This document shows positions 43,329 through 51,975 of a stretch of 52,106 nucleotides of DNA, in pieces. Below the pieces are notes generated by a model. That model worked only from the letters and a program-made list of their open reading frames with translations. It did not search any database and was not told the DNA's origin. The first letter of the stretch is position 1; every line of letters begins with the position of its first letter. The DNA is taken from positions 1 through 52,106 of the IMG/VR virus record IMGVR_UViG_3300020042_009327, one strand, 5' to 3'. Made by a program: the position numbers and the translations under genes. The DNA comes from a virus. Its lineage: Duplodnaviria; Caudoviricetes.

Positions 43329-44865
43329 TAATTCTAAGATTATTGATTACACAATCGGTTGATAAAATAGTTGTAGCAACTGAAGAGGCATTCTTTAATG
43401 CAGACTTTGTTACAAGTAATGGATCGATAATACCAGCTTTAATCATATTAACTGTTTCGCCAGTTATAACATTTAAACCTAAACCTTCTTCTTGTGGTAT
43501 TGGTATTTCAATTCCAGCGTTTGATAATATCGTATGATAAGGAGCTTTGATTGCATCTAGTAATGCCCATTCTCCTTCTGTTAATCCACCAATATACATT
43601 GCTGCGTTTAATAAAGCAATTCCGCCACCTGGCACAATACCTTCTTTAATAGCTGCTTTTGTTGCACATATTGCATCTTCAACTCTATCTGCTTTTTCTT
43701 TTAATTCTATATCAGAACCAGCACCTACTTTTACAATAGCTACTTTACCTGATAATCTTGCTAATCTTCTTTCTAAGCGAATTACTTCTGCTGGATTCTT
43801 AGCTGATTCTAATTGTTTTTTTACTGTATCGATAAGATCATTTACTTCTTGTGAATATTCTCCAACTTGAATAATTGTTTCTACATCGGTTGTTACAGCT
43901 TTAATGCAAGATCCTAAATGTTCTGGAGTTATAAGATCCATATCGTCTCCAAGATCTTCGTTGATAATTGTAGCACCTGTTAATAATGCTAAATCATCTA
44001 ATGTATCTTTTTTATTAACACCGTATGTTGGTGCGTTAATAACATTTGCTTTTAAATTACCTTTAACTTTGTTCATTGCAATTACTGAAAGAACTTGTGG
44101 TTCCATATCTGCAATAATAAGTAATGGTTTTTTTATTTTCATACAGTGTTCTAAAACGCCTTGTATTTGTCTAATATTTTCAACTGGCGATTCAATAATA
44201 AGAACCAAAGCATTATCTAACTCTGCTGCTTTTTTTGATGCATTAGTTACAAAATGTGAATTAACTAATCCTTTATCATATTGAATACCATCAATAACTT
44301 CTATTTCTGTAGCATTAAGATCTGACATTTCCATCATTACAATACCATTGTCACCAGCAGCTCTAAAAGCATCTGCAATAACCTTACCCAATTCAGGATC
44401 GTTATTAACAGATATAGTAGCTACATTATCAATCATATCTCCTGATACTGGTATTGCAATACTTTCTAAATACTTAATTACTTTTTCTGTAGCGCTTTCA
44501 ATACCTTCTTTTATTTCTCTACTACTAGTTCCTTTTGGAAGTTTATAAGCATGATTTAAAATAGAGTGTGTTAATACTGTTGCGGTTGTTGTACCGTCTC
44601 CAGCTTCTTTAACTGTTTTTCTTGCGGCTTCCTTAAGTAATGTTGCACCCATATTTTCAACTGGATCTAATAGTATAATACTATCCGCTACTGTTACACC
44701 ATCTTTTGTAATCACCGGTCTACCGGCTCCATCTTCTAATATTACACATTTACCACTGGCACCAAGTGTTGAACTTACGGCTCTAGTTAATTTAGTAATA
44801 CCTTCGAATATCTTATTCTTTGCATCTTCGCCAAAGTTAAGATTCTTTACGATTGCTTCTGTCAT
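43312..44865 (-). CDS. groEL: Chaperonin GroEL
   Basis: ITKDGVTVA, AGDGTTTATVL, ERRLARLSG, GIVPGGG, GIIDP; no GGM tail. Confidence 0.95.
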   Translation of the reverse strand: MTEAIVKNLNFGEDAKNKIFEGITKLTRAVSSTLGASGKCVILEDGAGRPVITKDGVTVADSIILLDPVENMGATLLKEAARKTVKEAGDGTTTATVLTHSILNHAYKLPKGTSSREIKEGIESATEKVIKYLESIAIPVSGDMIDNVATISVNNDPELGKVIADAFRAAGDNGIVMMEMSDLNATEIEVIDGIQYDKGLVNSHFVTNASKKAAELDNALVLIIESPVENIRQIQGVLEHCMKIKKPLLIIADMEPQVLSVIAMNKVKGNLKANVINAPTYGVNKKDTLDDLALLTGATIINEDLGDDMDLITPEHLGSCIKAVTTDVETIIQVGEYSQEVNDLIDTVKKQLESAKNPAEVIRLERRLARLSGKVAIVKVGAGSDIELKEKADRVEDAICATKAAIKEGIVPGGGIALLNAAMYIGGLTEGEWALLDAIKAPYHTILSNAGIEIPIPQEEGLGLNVITGETVNMIKAGIIDPLLVTKSALKNASSVATTILSTDCVINNLRINEGNR

Positions 44866-44898
44866 GATTTGATTTTATTTAATTTAAGTTGATAGTTG

Positions 44899-44926
44899 TA
44901 TTATTACGTATATTTTACCATTTTAG
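44899..44926 (-). promoter_or_regulatory. Putative phage-sigma promoter, copy 5 (CTAAAA...ACGTAATAATA) upstream of groEL
   Basis: Bipartite motif in the spanin-groEL gap. Confidence 0.55.
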
Positions 44927-44927
44927 G

Positions 44928-45398
44928 TTAAAACAGTTTACTTTTAAATTTTTGATACAACCAAATAATTAATAATAGTAATATAATCCAGAACGATAAC
45001 CAAAACCAAAATGTTTTAGCTTCTTTTTTATCTACAACTTTTGTTTTCTCAATCTTACGTTCCTTAGTTATTGTTTTAGCTTGTTTTAAGCTTGTTTTAG
45101 ACACTTTATTATCGTTGGAGTATAAAGTGTTATCTTTCTTCTTTTTGATTAAAATACGAGCATTAAAATACTTTTTACCTTCTACTATAAATTCTTTAGT
45201 TGAATCTATAGGCACTACTGATATTTCGTAATTCTCAACATCGTATTTAATTTCCGTTTTATTTGTAGTTTGAATAGAATCTTTTTGTGTAACAACTTCT
45301 ACAACTGTTTTGTCTTCTATTTTATCTACTTTATTTACTTTTCTGGCACCACACGCTATAAGTACTGTCGATGCTAATATTAATACCAAGTTTTTCAT
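44928..45398 (-). CDS. Putative unimolecular spanin
   Basis: N-terminal lipobox LIA-C plus C-terminal TM helix FWFWLSFWIILLLLIIWLY; follows the endolysin. Confidence 0.7.
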   Translation of the reverse strand: MKNLVLILASTVLIACGARKVNKVDKIEDKTVVEVVTQKDSIQTTNKTEIKYDVENYEISVVPIDSTKEFIVEGKKYFNARILIKKKKDNTLYSNDNKVSKTSLKQAKTITKERKIEKTKVVDKKEAKTFWFWLSFWIILLLLIIWLYQKFKSKLF

Positions 45399-45399
45399 A

Positions 45400-45864
45400 T
45401 TATTCTTTTATTTCAAAGTGCATCCAATCATAATTTTTCTCTCTTCCTAAAGATATAAACCCATGTTTGTAAAATATATCAATCATAGCTTTATATTCTG
45501 GTCTTGCAAACCTTGCCGTTTTGCTTGTTTCTTTTAATTGGTTTCTAACTGGATCTAAATCAACAGCTATTGCCCAAGCGTGCATAGATAAACTTGTGCC
45601 CCCTTGCTTTTTTCTATAATTAAAACAACCACCAAATAAATCTATACCCAGTTCTTTTATTTTAGCATAACCATATACTCTATGTATCTCATTAAAAACA
45701 GCTAATAATCTACCCGAAATTAATTTATGACATCTTACTTTTGTAACAATAGTGTCGTTGTCCCAAGCTAAGCGCATTGGGTATGGCAATAATATAGTTA
45801 CAAGATAACCTTCACCAGTTACATTTGGCTTGCCATATTTAGATATTGTTTCCTTGGTTGTCAT
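45400..45864 (-). CDS. Endolysin, peptidase M15 family
   Basis: FNYR...[10 protein letters not shown] (SxHxxxxAxD) and DWMHFE. Confidence 0.88.
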   Translation of the reverse strand: MTTKETISKYGKPNVTGEGYLVTILLPYPMRLAWDNDTIVTKVRCHKLISGRLLAVFNEIHRVYGYAKIKELGIDLFGGCFNYRKKQGGTSLSMHAWAIAVDLDPVRNQLKETSKTARFARPEYKAMIDIFYKHGFISLGREKNYDWMHFEIKE

Positions 45865-46054
45865 TTCTTACTTTCATTAAACGTTCTACTATATTAGTTG
45901 CTCCTTCTACAGCAATATATGTTGTAGCTATTATAACCCAATCCTGTGAATCTACCGTTTTAAGAAATAGACCGGCAGAAGCTACAGCAAATACCGTAAG
46001 CTTTCTACTAACCCATTTATTTAAAAATAGATCTATTTTTTCTCTTCTACTCAT
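45839..46054 (-). CDS. Putative holin
   Basis: SRKL followed by two hydrophobic segments; overlaps the endolysin start. Confidence 0.65.
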   Translation of the reverse strand: MSRREKIDLFLNKWVSRKLTVFAVASAGLFLKTVDSQDWVIIATTYIAVEGATNIVERLMKVRNDNQGNNI

Positions 46055-46058
46055 AATA

Positions 46059-48266
46059 TTATATTGTTTTAAATAAAAGTCTTGATGTAAATCTAATATA
46101 AGACGATGCTCCTCCTACATTAACCACCCGCAAAACCGCGTTATGACTTCCATCATCTATCACATCAAATGTAAGGTCCGCTGTAGTCCCAATGCTATTT
46201 GTTGCCTGATCGTCTAATTGATATTGAAAACCACCTGAGCTAGTAAAAATACATTTTATTGTACCAGCTCTTAAATTACCACTCGCATCATCAAATGAAT
46301 AATCAATAAAAAAAGCATTATAAGCGTCTGAACTAACTGAGAGTATTTCAGTATTAGTAGATGCATCTATAAATATTTTATCAGGAGCATAAAAATGGGG
46401 TCTACCTGGTGACTCACTCCAATATTGTGATATAGCTAATTCATTATTTGATAAAGGTGTATTTAATGTACTAGGCTTATATTTTAAATCATATCCAATT
46501 AATGTCATGCCTACAGAACTCGTTGACATTCCACCTGACGCACTCCCTATGCAAGTATTAGAATCTCCATCTAATAAATTGCCTAAAGAACCTCCTCCTA
46601 TAGCAACATTCGAATTACTATAAGTAACTGATAATAAAGAACCATCTCCAATAGCTACATTATTTGCTCCGGTTGTATTTAAGTTTAAAGCATACCAACC
46701 TATAGCTATATTACTGCTACCTGTTTGGTTACTGCTAAGTGAATTTGCTCCTACTGCCACATTGTTTCCACCACTAGATCCTGGTGCTCCTGCCAACGCT
46801 AAATAACCAACAGCCGTGTTTCCACTAGCAATATGTTCATTTAACGCATTTGCACCAACAGCTGTATTGAAATTACCGGTTGTATTGTTTACCAACGTAC
46901 CCAATCCTATAGCAACATTTCCTGATCCCGTTGTTGTAAGATAAAGTGATTGATTTCCAATTGCTGTATTATAATTACCTAAAGTAAGAGAATAAAGTGA
47001 TTGATGTCCAATTGCTAAATTATAAGTTCCTCCGTAATTAGTATATAATGCAGTATTTCCAATAGCGATATTATTTGTGTTATTAACAAGAGAGTAAAGT
47101 GATCTATACCCTATAGAAATAATATCTGTTGATGATGTATTTGAATTTAATGCTTGATACCCAAAAACAGTATTTGTACTTACACTTCCAGATCCTCTAC
47201 CAATTGTCAAACTATTTATTAAAGCATCTCCATTTACGTCAAGTTTTTTTGCAGGACTTGTTGTTCCTATACCTACGTTTCCGCTTGAATCAATTCGCAT
47301 TCTTTCCGCGTTGTTTGTGCCTAGTATCAATGGCTGAGTTGATCTAGTACCCACGCCTAATGGAACTGCTCCTGATGTGTTCACTGTAGATATAGTACCC
47401 GTTGCAAATCCTAAGAAAGATACACTTAATCCACCTAGCCCAAGGTTTGTACCACTGCCTGTAACATATATGGACTTTACACCGGTTCCATTACCGACTT
47501 GTAATGTAGCTTGCGGTAAATTTGTTCCAATACCTACATTTGTGCCATTATCAAATAATTGACTATCTCCTAATGAGTTTGCTCCAGTAAATTTAGAAAC
47601 ATAATTTGTTGTACCACTCGCATTAGCAGGTGTGAATCCTAACCATTCAGCAATTGTTTTATTAACCCATAATGTTCCATCATATCCCAACACATCTCCG
47701 TTAATGGGTACATTTGTTATAATATCAACATCGTGAATTTCTTTTAATTCAAACCCGTTTTGTACCGTTATAAATATTTCGCCGTTGTTAGCATTAACTC
47801 TAGTAACAACTCCAATAAAAACTAAATGAGCAGGAGCATAAGGTTTGTTAGTTAATCCATAAATAAGATTACCATTTGTACCTAACCATACTGGATCTCC
47901 TACTACAGCGCCAATTGTATTCAATCCAGATAATCTACCTATCTGTACAACATCCGCAAAACCATTAACAGCTACTGTTGCATTAAGTAAGCCTAAAGTT
48001 TTTGATGAGGTTGCCTCAGAAGTATTAGAAGCTAATCCTACAATTATGTTTGTTCCATCAGCACCTGTTACATATACAGCCTGCCCTTTATTAATAGCGA
48101 CACCTGCTTTAACTTCGTTCTGAACATCTCTGGCAACCGTATTTACTGTGGGCGTTACCCAACTAACATTGCCATTAGTTGAAGATAGTATTTGCCCAGA
48201 AGTACCAAGGGCACCTGAAGAATCCTTCAGACCCGCTTGGACCTCTATATCGCTTTTAAATTTCAT
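46059..48266 (-). CDS. Tail fibre/receptor-binding protein
   Basis: NVGIGT repeats, then many ~14-aa N[TVIL]A[IV]G..[AS]L repeats (beta-roll). Confidence 0.8.
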   Translation of the reverse strand: MKFKSDIEVQAGLKDSSGALGTSGQILSSTNGNVSWVTPTVNTVARDVQNEVKAGVAINKGQAVYVTGADGTNIIVGLASNTSEATSSKTLGLLNATVAVNGFADVVQIGRLSGLNTIGAVVGDPVWLGTNGNLIYGLTNKPYAPAHLVFIGVVTRVNANNGEIFITVQNGFELKEIHDVDIITNVPINGDVLGYDGTLWVNKTIAEWLGFTPANASGTTNYVSKFTGANSLGDSQLFDNGTNVGIGTNLPQATLQVGNGTGVKSIYVTGSGTNLGLGGLSVSFLGFATGTISTVNTSGAVPLGVGTRSTQPLILGTNNAERMRIDSSGNVGIGTTSPAKKLDVNGDALINSLTIGRGSGSVSTNTVFGYQALNSNTSSTDIISIGYRSLYSLVNNTNNIAIGNTALYTNYGGTYNLAIGHQSLYSLTLGNYNTAIGNQSLYLTTTGSGNVAIGLGTLVNNTTGNFNTAVGANALNEHIASGNTAVGYLALAGAPGSSGGNNVAVGANSLSSNQTGSSNIAIGWYALNLNTTGANNVAIGDGSLLSVTYSNSNVAIGGGSLGNLLDGDSNTCIGSASGGMSTSSVGMTLIGYDLKYKPSTLNTPLSNNELAISQYWSESPGRPHFYAPDKIFIDASTNTEILSVSSDAYNAFFIDYSFDDASGNLRAGTIKCIFTSSGGFQYQLDDQATNSIGTTADLTFDVIDDGSHNAVLRVVNVGGASSYIRFTSRLLFKTI

Positions 48267-48276
48267 ATATTAAATT

Positions 48277-49512
48277 TTATTTTTGTACTACTACTCTTAT
48301 AGGATTTGTTGGCGTTGAAGCAAACGTTATTGTAGCCGTGTTTGTTGTTGTTCTTACATTATCAGAATATACAGTTTCATAAGTTACAGTATCATATAAT
48401 TGTATTATTACATCTCTTGTTCCTAAATTATGTGTGATTGTTGCAGTAGCACTAATCGTTGTAGCGTATGAAGTGGCTTGAACGCTTACAGTAGCCGTAC
48501 CAGAAGAATAAGATACATCAATACCTGTTCCCGCATTTACGTTACCAATACCTACTTGAGTTAAACTAGCTAGATCAATGTTATTTTGAACCGTAGTCCA
48601 ATCTGTTAATGTAGTAGGAGCATCGATTTCAGCAATTAATACATCTCCAACTCTAACAACCTCTGAGAAGAAAGTACCATCTGCCGTAACAGTATATGTC
48701 CAACCCCTTTTAATTCCAGGAATTGTAGGAAGAGAATCTAAGTTGGGAGTGTTTGTCGCTGCATCATATCCTCCTTGGTATATTAATCCCCCAACTACAG
48801 CTGCATCGACATAAGCTTTTACAGCGGCACTTGTTGGTAATGTAGTATCGTTATTATTATTTTCAATTCCTTCTACTGCTGTTACAATTGCTGCTGCATT
48901 AAAATTAGCAACATCTAAAACTCCGTCTGAAACAGTTGTAGATATACTAGTTGTACCTGTACCAGTAACCTCACCCGTTAATGTTACTGTTTGATCAGGG
49001 TTTGCAGCATCTATAGTTATATTAGCAGCGCCATCATCGGTTAGGGTTATATTTGTACCAGCAACTAAAGTTACCGTATCTGTAGTAGAATCTGAGCCAA
49101 CTAAAACAATAGCAACGTTACTTGCTACCTGAATAGTGTCTAAGTCATAAGTTGTGCCTGATATACCACTAACAGGTGACCAAGTATTATCACCTCTTAA
49201 ATACTTTGTGTTGTCCGGTGTTCCGGTAGCACTAAGATCAGCAATTAATGTAGCAGCACCTGTTTGTGTTGTATTAGGTGTTAGATTTATAAATGTGCCA
49301 TCTGTCGCGGCAAAGGAAGTTACTCCTGCACCAACATCTACCCAGCCACTAATGGTGCCGGTATAAAGCTTTAATTTTTTATTTACTGAGTTATAGTATA
49401 CCTGTCCTTCAGCAGGTGTATACAAAGTAGGATCAGTTGTAGCTGGTTGTATAACCGCATACTGTAATTGATTTGTAGTTAAATTTATACTACTTAAATA
49501 TTGTATTGCCAT
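48277..49512 (-). CDS. Tail fibre-associated structural protein
   Basis: T/G/A-rich; YLRGDNTW, PTSAAVKAYVD, YQGGYDAATNTP, C-terminal THNLG module. Confidence 0.7.
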   Translation of the reverse strand: MAIQYLSSINLTTNQLQYAVIQPATTDPTLYTPAEGQVYYNSVNKKLKLYTGTISGWVDVGAGVTSFAATDGTFINLTPNTTQTGAATLIADLSATGTPDNTKYLRGDNTWSPVSGISGTTYDLDTIQVASNVAIVLVGSDSTTDTVTLVAGTNITLTDDGAANITIDAANPDQTVTLTGEVTGTGTTSISTTVSDGVLDVANFNAAAIVTAVEGIENNNNDTTLPTSAAVKAYVDAAVVGGLIYQGGYDAATNTPNLDSLPTIPGIKRGWTYTVTADGTFFSEVVRVGDVLIAEIDAPTTLTDWTTVQNNIDLASLTQVGIGNVNAGTGIDVSYSSGTATVSVQATSYATTISATATITHNLGTRDVIIQLYDTVTYETVYSDNVRTTTNTATITFASTPTNPIRVVVQK

Positions 49513-49517
49513 AATTA

Positions 49518-50264
49518 TTAATTTATATATGCTTTACCCGAAAATGGGGCTGTGAATGTAATTGTCAAATCGTTTACCGTATTATATACAACAGAACCGT
49601 ATACTTGATTGTTGTCGTCATCTACTATTGATACAGACGGGAATTTATCTAAGTTGTGTACCACATTCCATGAAGCAGATGCTACAGCTTGAGTGTATAC
49701 AAAATTCTTATCACCTACATTTGGATCAATGTCTGGATTAACAAATCCTGGATATACCGCAATAGCGTAGAATTTATCTTGTAATATGCTTCCATGCGCA
49801 TCAACCGATTCTATTACGATGTCCACAAAATTAGGTTGGCCAGGAACTGGTAATATGCTATTAAACTTATATATACCGAAGTTATTCAAATCATCACATT
49901 GTGCAATAATAATAGCTTGGTTAACTAATGTATTTATATAGTCTATTATTAGATTACCAGAAGTAGCAAACTTACTTAATCGTAATATTGTTATATTATT
50001 GAAAGGCGTACCAGTACCACTCCCGTTTATAAAACTAATCGATCCTTGCTTTCTACCCGGAGCAATTTGATTTTGGAAAAAGAAATTGTTTTGACCAGCA
50101 ATAGCAATAGCGCTTATCTCATTGTAGAATTCAGCAATAGTACCTATTTCAAAGTTCTTAGTTACATTTTTCTTTTTACCGTTTACAACCTTAGTTGATG
50201 AACCTATAACAAGATCTGTAGCTAGTATGTCTGTATTCCGTTGATAGCTATAGATTATTGCCAT
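49518..50264 (-). CDS. Structural protein
   Basis: C-terminal WNVVHNLDKFPSV...FSGKAYIN module; in the fibre cluster. Confidence 0.65.
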   Translation of the reverse strand: MAIIYSYQRNTDILATDLVIGSSTKVVNGKKKNVTKNFEIGTIAEFYNEISAIAIAGQNNFFFQNQIAPGRKQGSISFINGSGTGTPFNNITILRLSKFATSGNLIIDYINTLVNQAIIIAQCDDLNNFGIYKFNSILPVPGQPNFVDIVIESVDAHGSILQDKFYAIAVYPGFVNPDIDPNVGDKNFVYTQAVASASWNVVHNLDKFPSVSIVDDDNNQVYGSVVYNTVNDLTITFTAPFSGKAYIN

Positions 50265-50265
50265 A

Positions 50266-50898
50266 TTATACTAGATTTACTTTTTGTATGTCAATTGTGA
50301 ATATTGAAGAATGATTTGTCCATCCATTTGTGTTTACGTCTGGGCATGCCAAAGCAGCCGGTTGAGATCCTTCTAATTCTATTGCTGTTATACCAAAAGT
50401 TAAGAAGTCGTCCTCATTTTCAACTGTTAACCAAAAACTTTCCGAATAAGCTGTAGACCCAGGAATATATGGCACACTAACCATTGTTGGCGTATCAATC
50501 ATTTCTCCATTAAAAAACTTACCTATATATAAATGGCCAGGCCCATCTATATTTACCGTACTTACTTGTGCTTTGAATTTTATAAAATATAAACCCGGTT
50601 TAAATATATATCTGCCTGTCTGCTCAATATAATACACGTCTGCTGTTGTGGCATTAACATTTTGCCCCAAACGTATATAATCAGTAGTGCCTGCAGTAGC
50701 TTCCAGGTTTGTATTAGTGCTTGATGCAATTAATGTATCAGCAACTTGTATTGGTGTTTGTTGAGCAAATAAAACTCGTATTGCATCCATTGCAAAGTTC
50801 TTAGTTAAATGTGCTGAACCTTCTTCTTTTATTTCTGTACCCAATAACAAATCACCCATTTCTGGTGTTGCCATTGGATATGCGATTATTCCTGCCAT
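50266..50898 (-). CDS. Structural protein, possible C1q/TNF-like C-terminal domain
   Basis: N-terminus resembles that of 49518..50264; PGLYFIKFKAQV strand pattern. Confidence 0.55.
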   Translation of the reverse strand: MAGIIAYPMATPEMGDLLLGTEIKEEGSAHLTKNFAMDAIRVLFAQQTPIQVADTLIASSTNTNLEATAGTTDYIRLGQNVNATTADVYYIEQTGRYIFKPGLYFIKFKAQVSTVNIDGPGHLYIGKFFNGEMIDTPTMVSVPYIPGSTAYSESFWLTVENEDDFLTFGITAIELEGSQPAALACPDVNTNGWTNHSSIFTIDIQKVNLV

Positions 50899-50916
50899 AT
50901 TTATATATTTAGTTTA

Positions 50917-51216
50917 TTAACAATTCCACTTGTCTAATGCAAGTTTTTTTCTAGTCGGTCGTCCCTTCTCATCCTTCAAAGGTCCCTGCATACCAGACAT
51001 TCTAGCACAGAAAGATTTTCTACGCTTTGCGTCTTTACTACCAGGTTTTAACTCAGCTGGTTTTTTAGTTACAGCTGTCTGTAATTTACTACCCGGGTTT
51101 TCTCTTCTATAACTCGCAACTCCTTTTGCATTCAATCCTCCTTTAGGATCTTTACCTTCCTTGCGTGTCCAAGCTGCTGTTTTTTTTAACGGACTTGTTT
51201 TCTTTGCTACTGCCAT
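50917..51216 (-). CDS. Basic phage protein (DUF6321-like)
   Basis: AWTRKEGK..KGGLNAKG...RRKSFCARM...KWNC. Confidence 0.7.
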   Translation of the reverse strand: MAVAKKTSPLKKTAAWTRKEGKDPKGGLNAKGVASYRRENPGSKLQTAVTKKPAELKPGSKDAKRRKSFCARMSGMQGPLKDEKGRPTRKKLALDKWNC

Positions 51217-51230
51217 TATTATATCTTTAA

Positions 51231-51485
51231 TTATGAAACATTACTTTTACTAGATCTTCTAGCACCCATACCAACTTTCTTTTTAGCTGATACAACTTTT
51301 GTCTTTTCTGCTTGCGTCATTTGACCCCAAGGCTTTGGAGAATCTTTGTTAACCCTAACTGAAGGGCGACAAGCTTTAACTCCTTTGTTCTTGGTTGAAC
51401 CACATGGGTTGCCTTCCTCATCGGTCCACTTTTCCTGGAACCATCTTTTCAACGATGCCCCTTTTTCAGTTTTACGAACAGCCAT
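51231..51485 (-). CDS. Basic phage protein (DUF5872-like)
   Basis: LKRWFQEKW...PCG...CRPSVRV. Confidence 0.65.
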   Translation of the reverse strand: MAVRKTEKGASLKRWFQEKWTDEEGNPCGSTKNKGVKACRPSVRVNKDSPKPWGQMTQAEKTKVVSAKKKVGMGARRSSKSNVS

Positions 51486-51631
51486 TATTTATTCTTTCTG
51501 CATTTAGCGATTGCACCAGAAGCATAAGCCGAAGGAAACACCTTATACGTGGCTTTTACTTTTTTGTAACATGCATCTTTAACCGTTTGCTTTGTGGGAC
51601 TTTCCCCTACAGTATAACCCTTATTCTTCTT
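51485..51631 (-). pseudogene. Start-less fragment of a basic phage protein
   Basis: KKNKGYTVGESPTKQTVKDACYKKVKATYKVFPSAYASGAIAKCRKNK*; TAATG-coupled to the next gene; in-frame TAG at 51632-34 and no start upstream of DACY. Confidence 0.55.
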
Positions 51632-51719
51632 CTAAGACTTCACTCAATGGATAGCCATGTAGTTCACAAAATTCTTGTAAGTCTTTAATTCTTTCGATTA
51701 ATTCTTGATTGATAGTCAT
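51621..51719 (-). CDS. Small 32-aa ORF downstream of the tandem promoter repeat
   Basis: MTINQELIERIKDLQEFCELHGYPLSEVLEEE; A/T-rich leader AAATAAATAATTTAACT. Confidence 0.5.
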   Translation of the reverse strand: MTINQELIERIKDLQEFCELHGYPLSEVLEEE

Positions 51720-51737
51720 AGTTAAATTATTTATTTG

Positions 51738-51847
51738 TTACACTTATATTATCACGACAACGTCGTATTCGTTTTGTAAGTCATACTCTCACATTTAATA
51801 TTTTACTTACACTTATATTATCAATAGTACTTCGTGTCCAGTCTGTA
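51738..51847 (-). promoter_or_regulatory. Two tandem copies of TACA-N8-ACGA-N8-TGATAATATAAGTGTAA (putative early promoters)
   Basis: Exact 17-bp repeat at 51738-51754 and 51807-51823, plus TCGT and TGTA boxes at identical spacing; 69-bp period. Confidence 0.7.
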
Positions 51848-51854
51848 TGCTATA

Positions 51855-51975
51855 CGCATTGCTCGCTGCGCTCGCTCGCTATTGCTATTGCATTGCATCT
51901 CATCATCATCATATCATATCATCATCATACAACGTACATACACTGACCACATCAGTACATCACACAGCACAGCTA
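51855..51975. repeat. Non-coding low-complexity tract of GCTC, ATTGC and CAT repeats
   Basis: gctcgctgcgctcgctcgct, attgctattgcattgcat, catcatcatcatatcatatcatcatcat. Confidence 0.6.

Noticed and set aside
43174-44548. Chain of + strand ORFs opposite groES/groEL
   Set aside because: Antisense open frames caused by codon bias
46059-48266. Diversity-generating retroelement target or intramolecular chaperone in the fibre
   Set aside because: No reverse transcriptase or template repeat seen, and no S74-type SD.RLK motif at the C-terminus
51738-51847. CRISPR mini-array
   Set aside because: Only two units, with conserved boxes interleaved with variable 8-mers, and no cas genes
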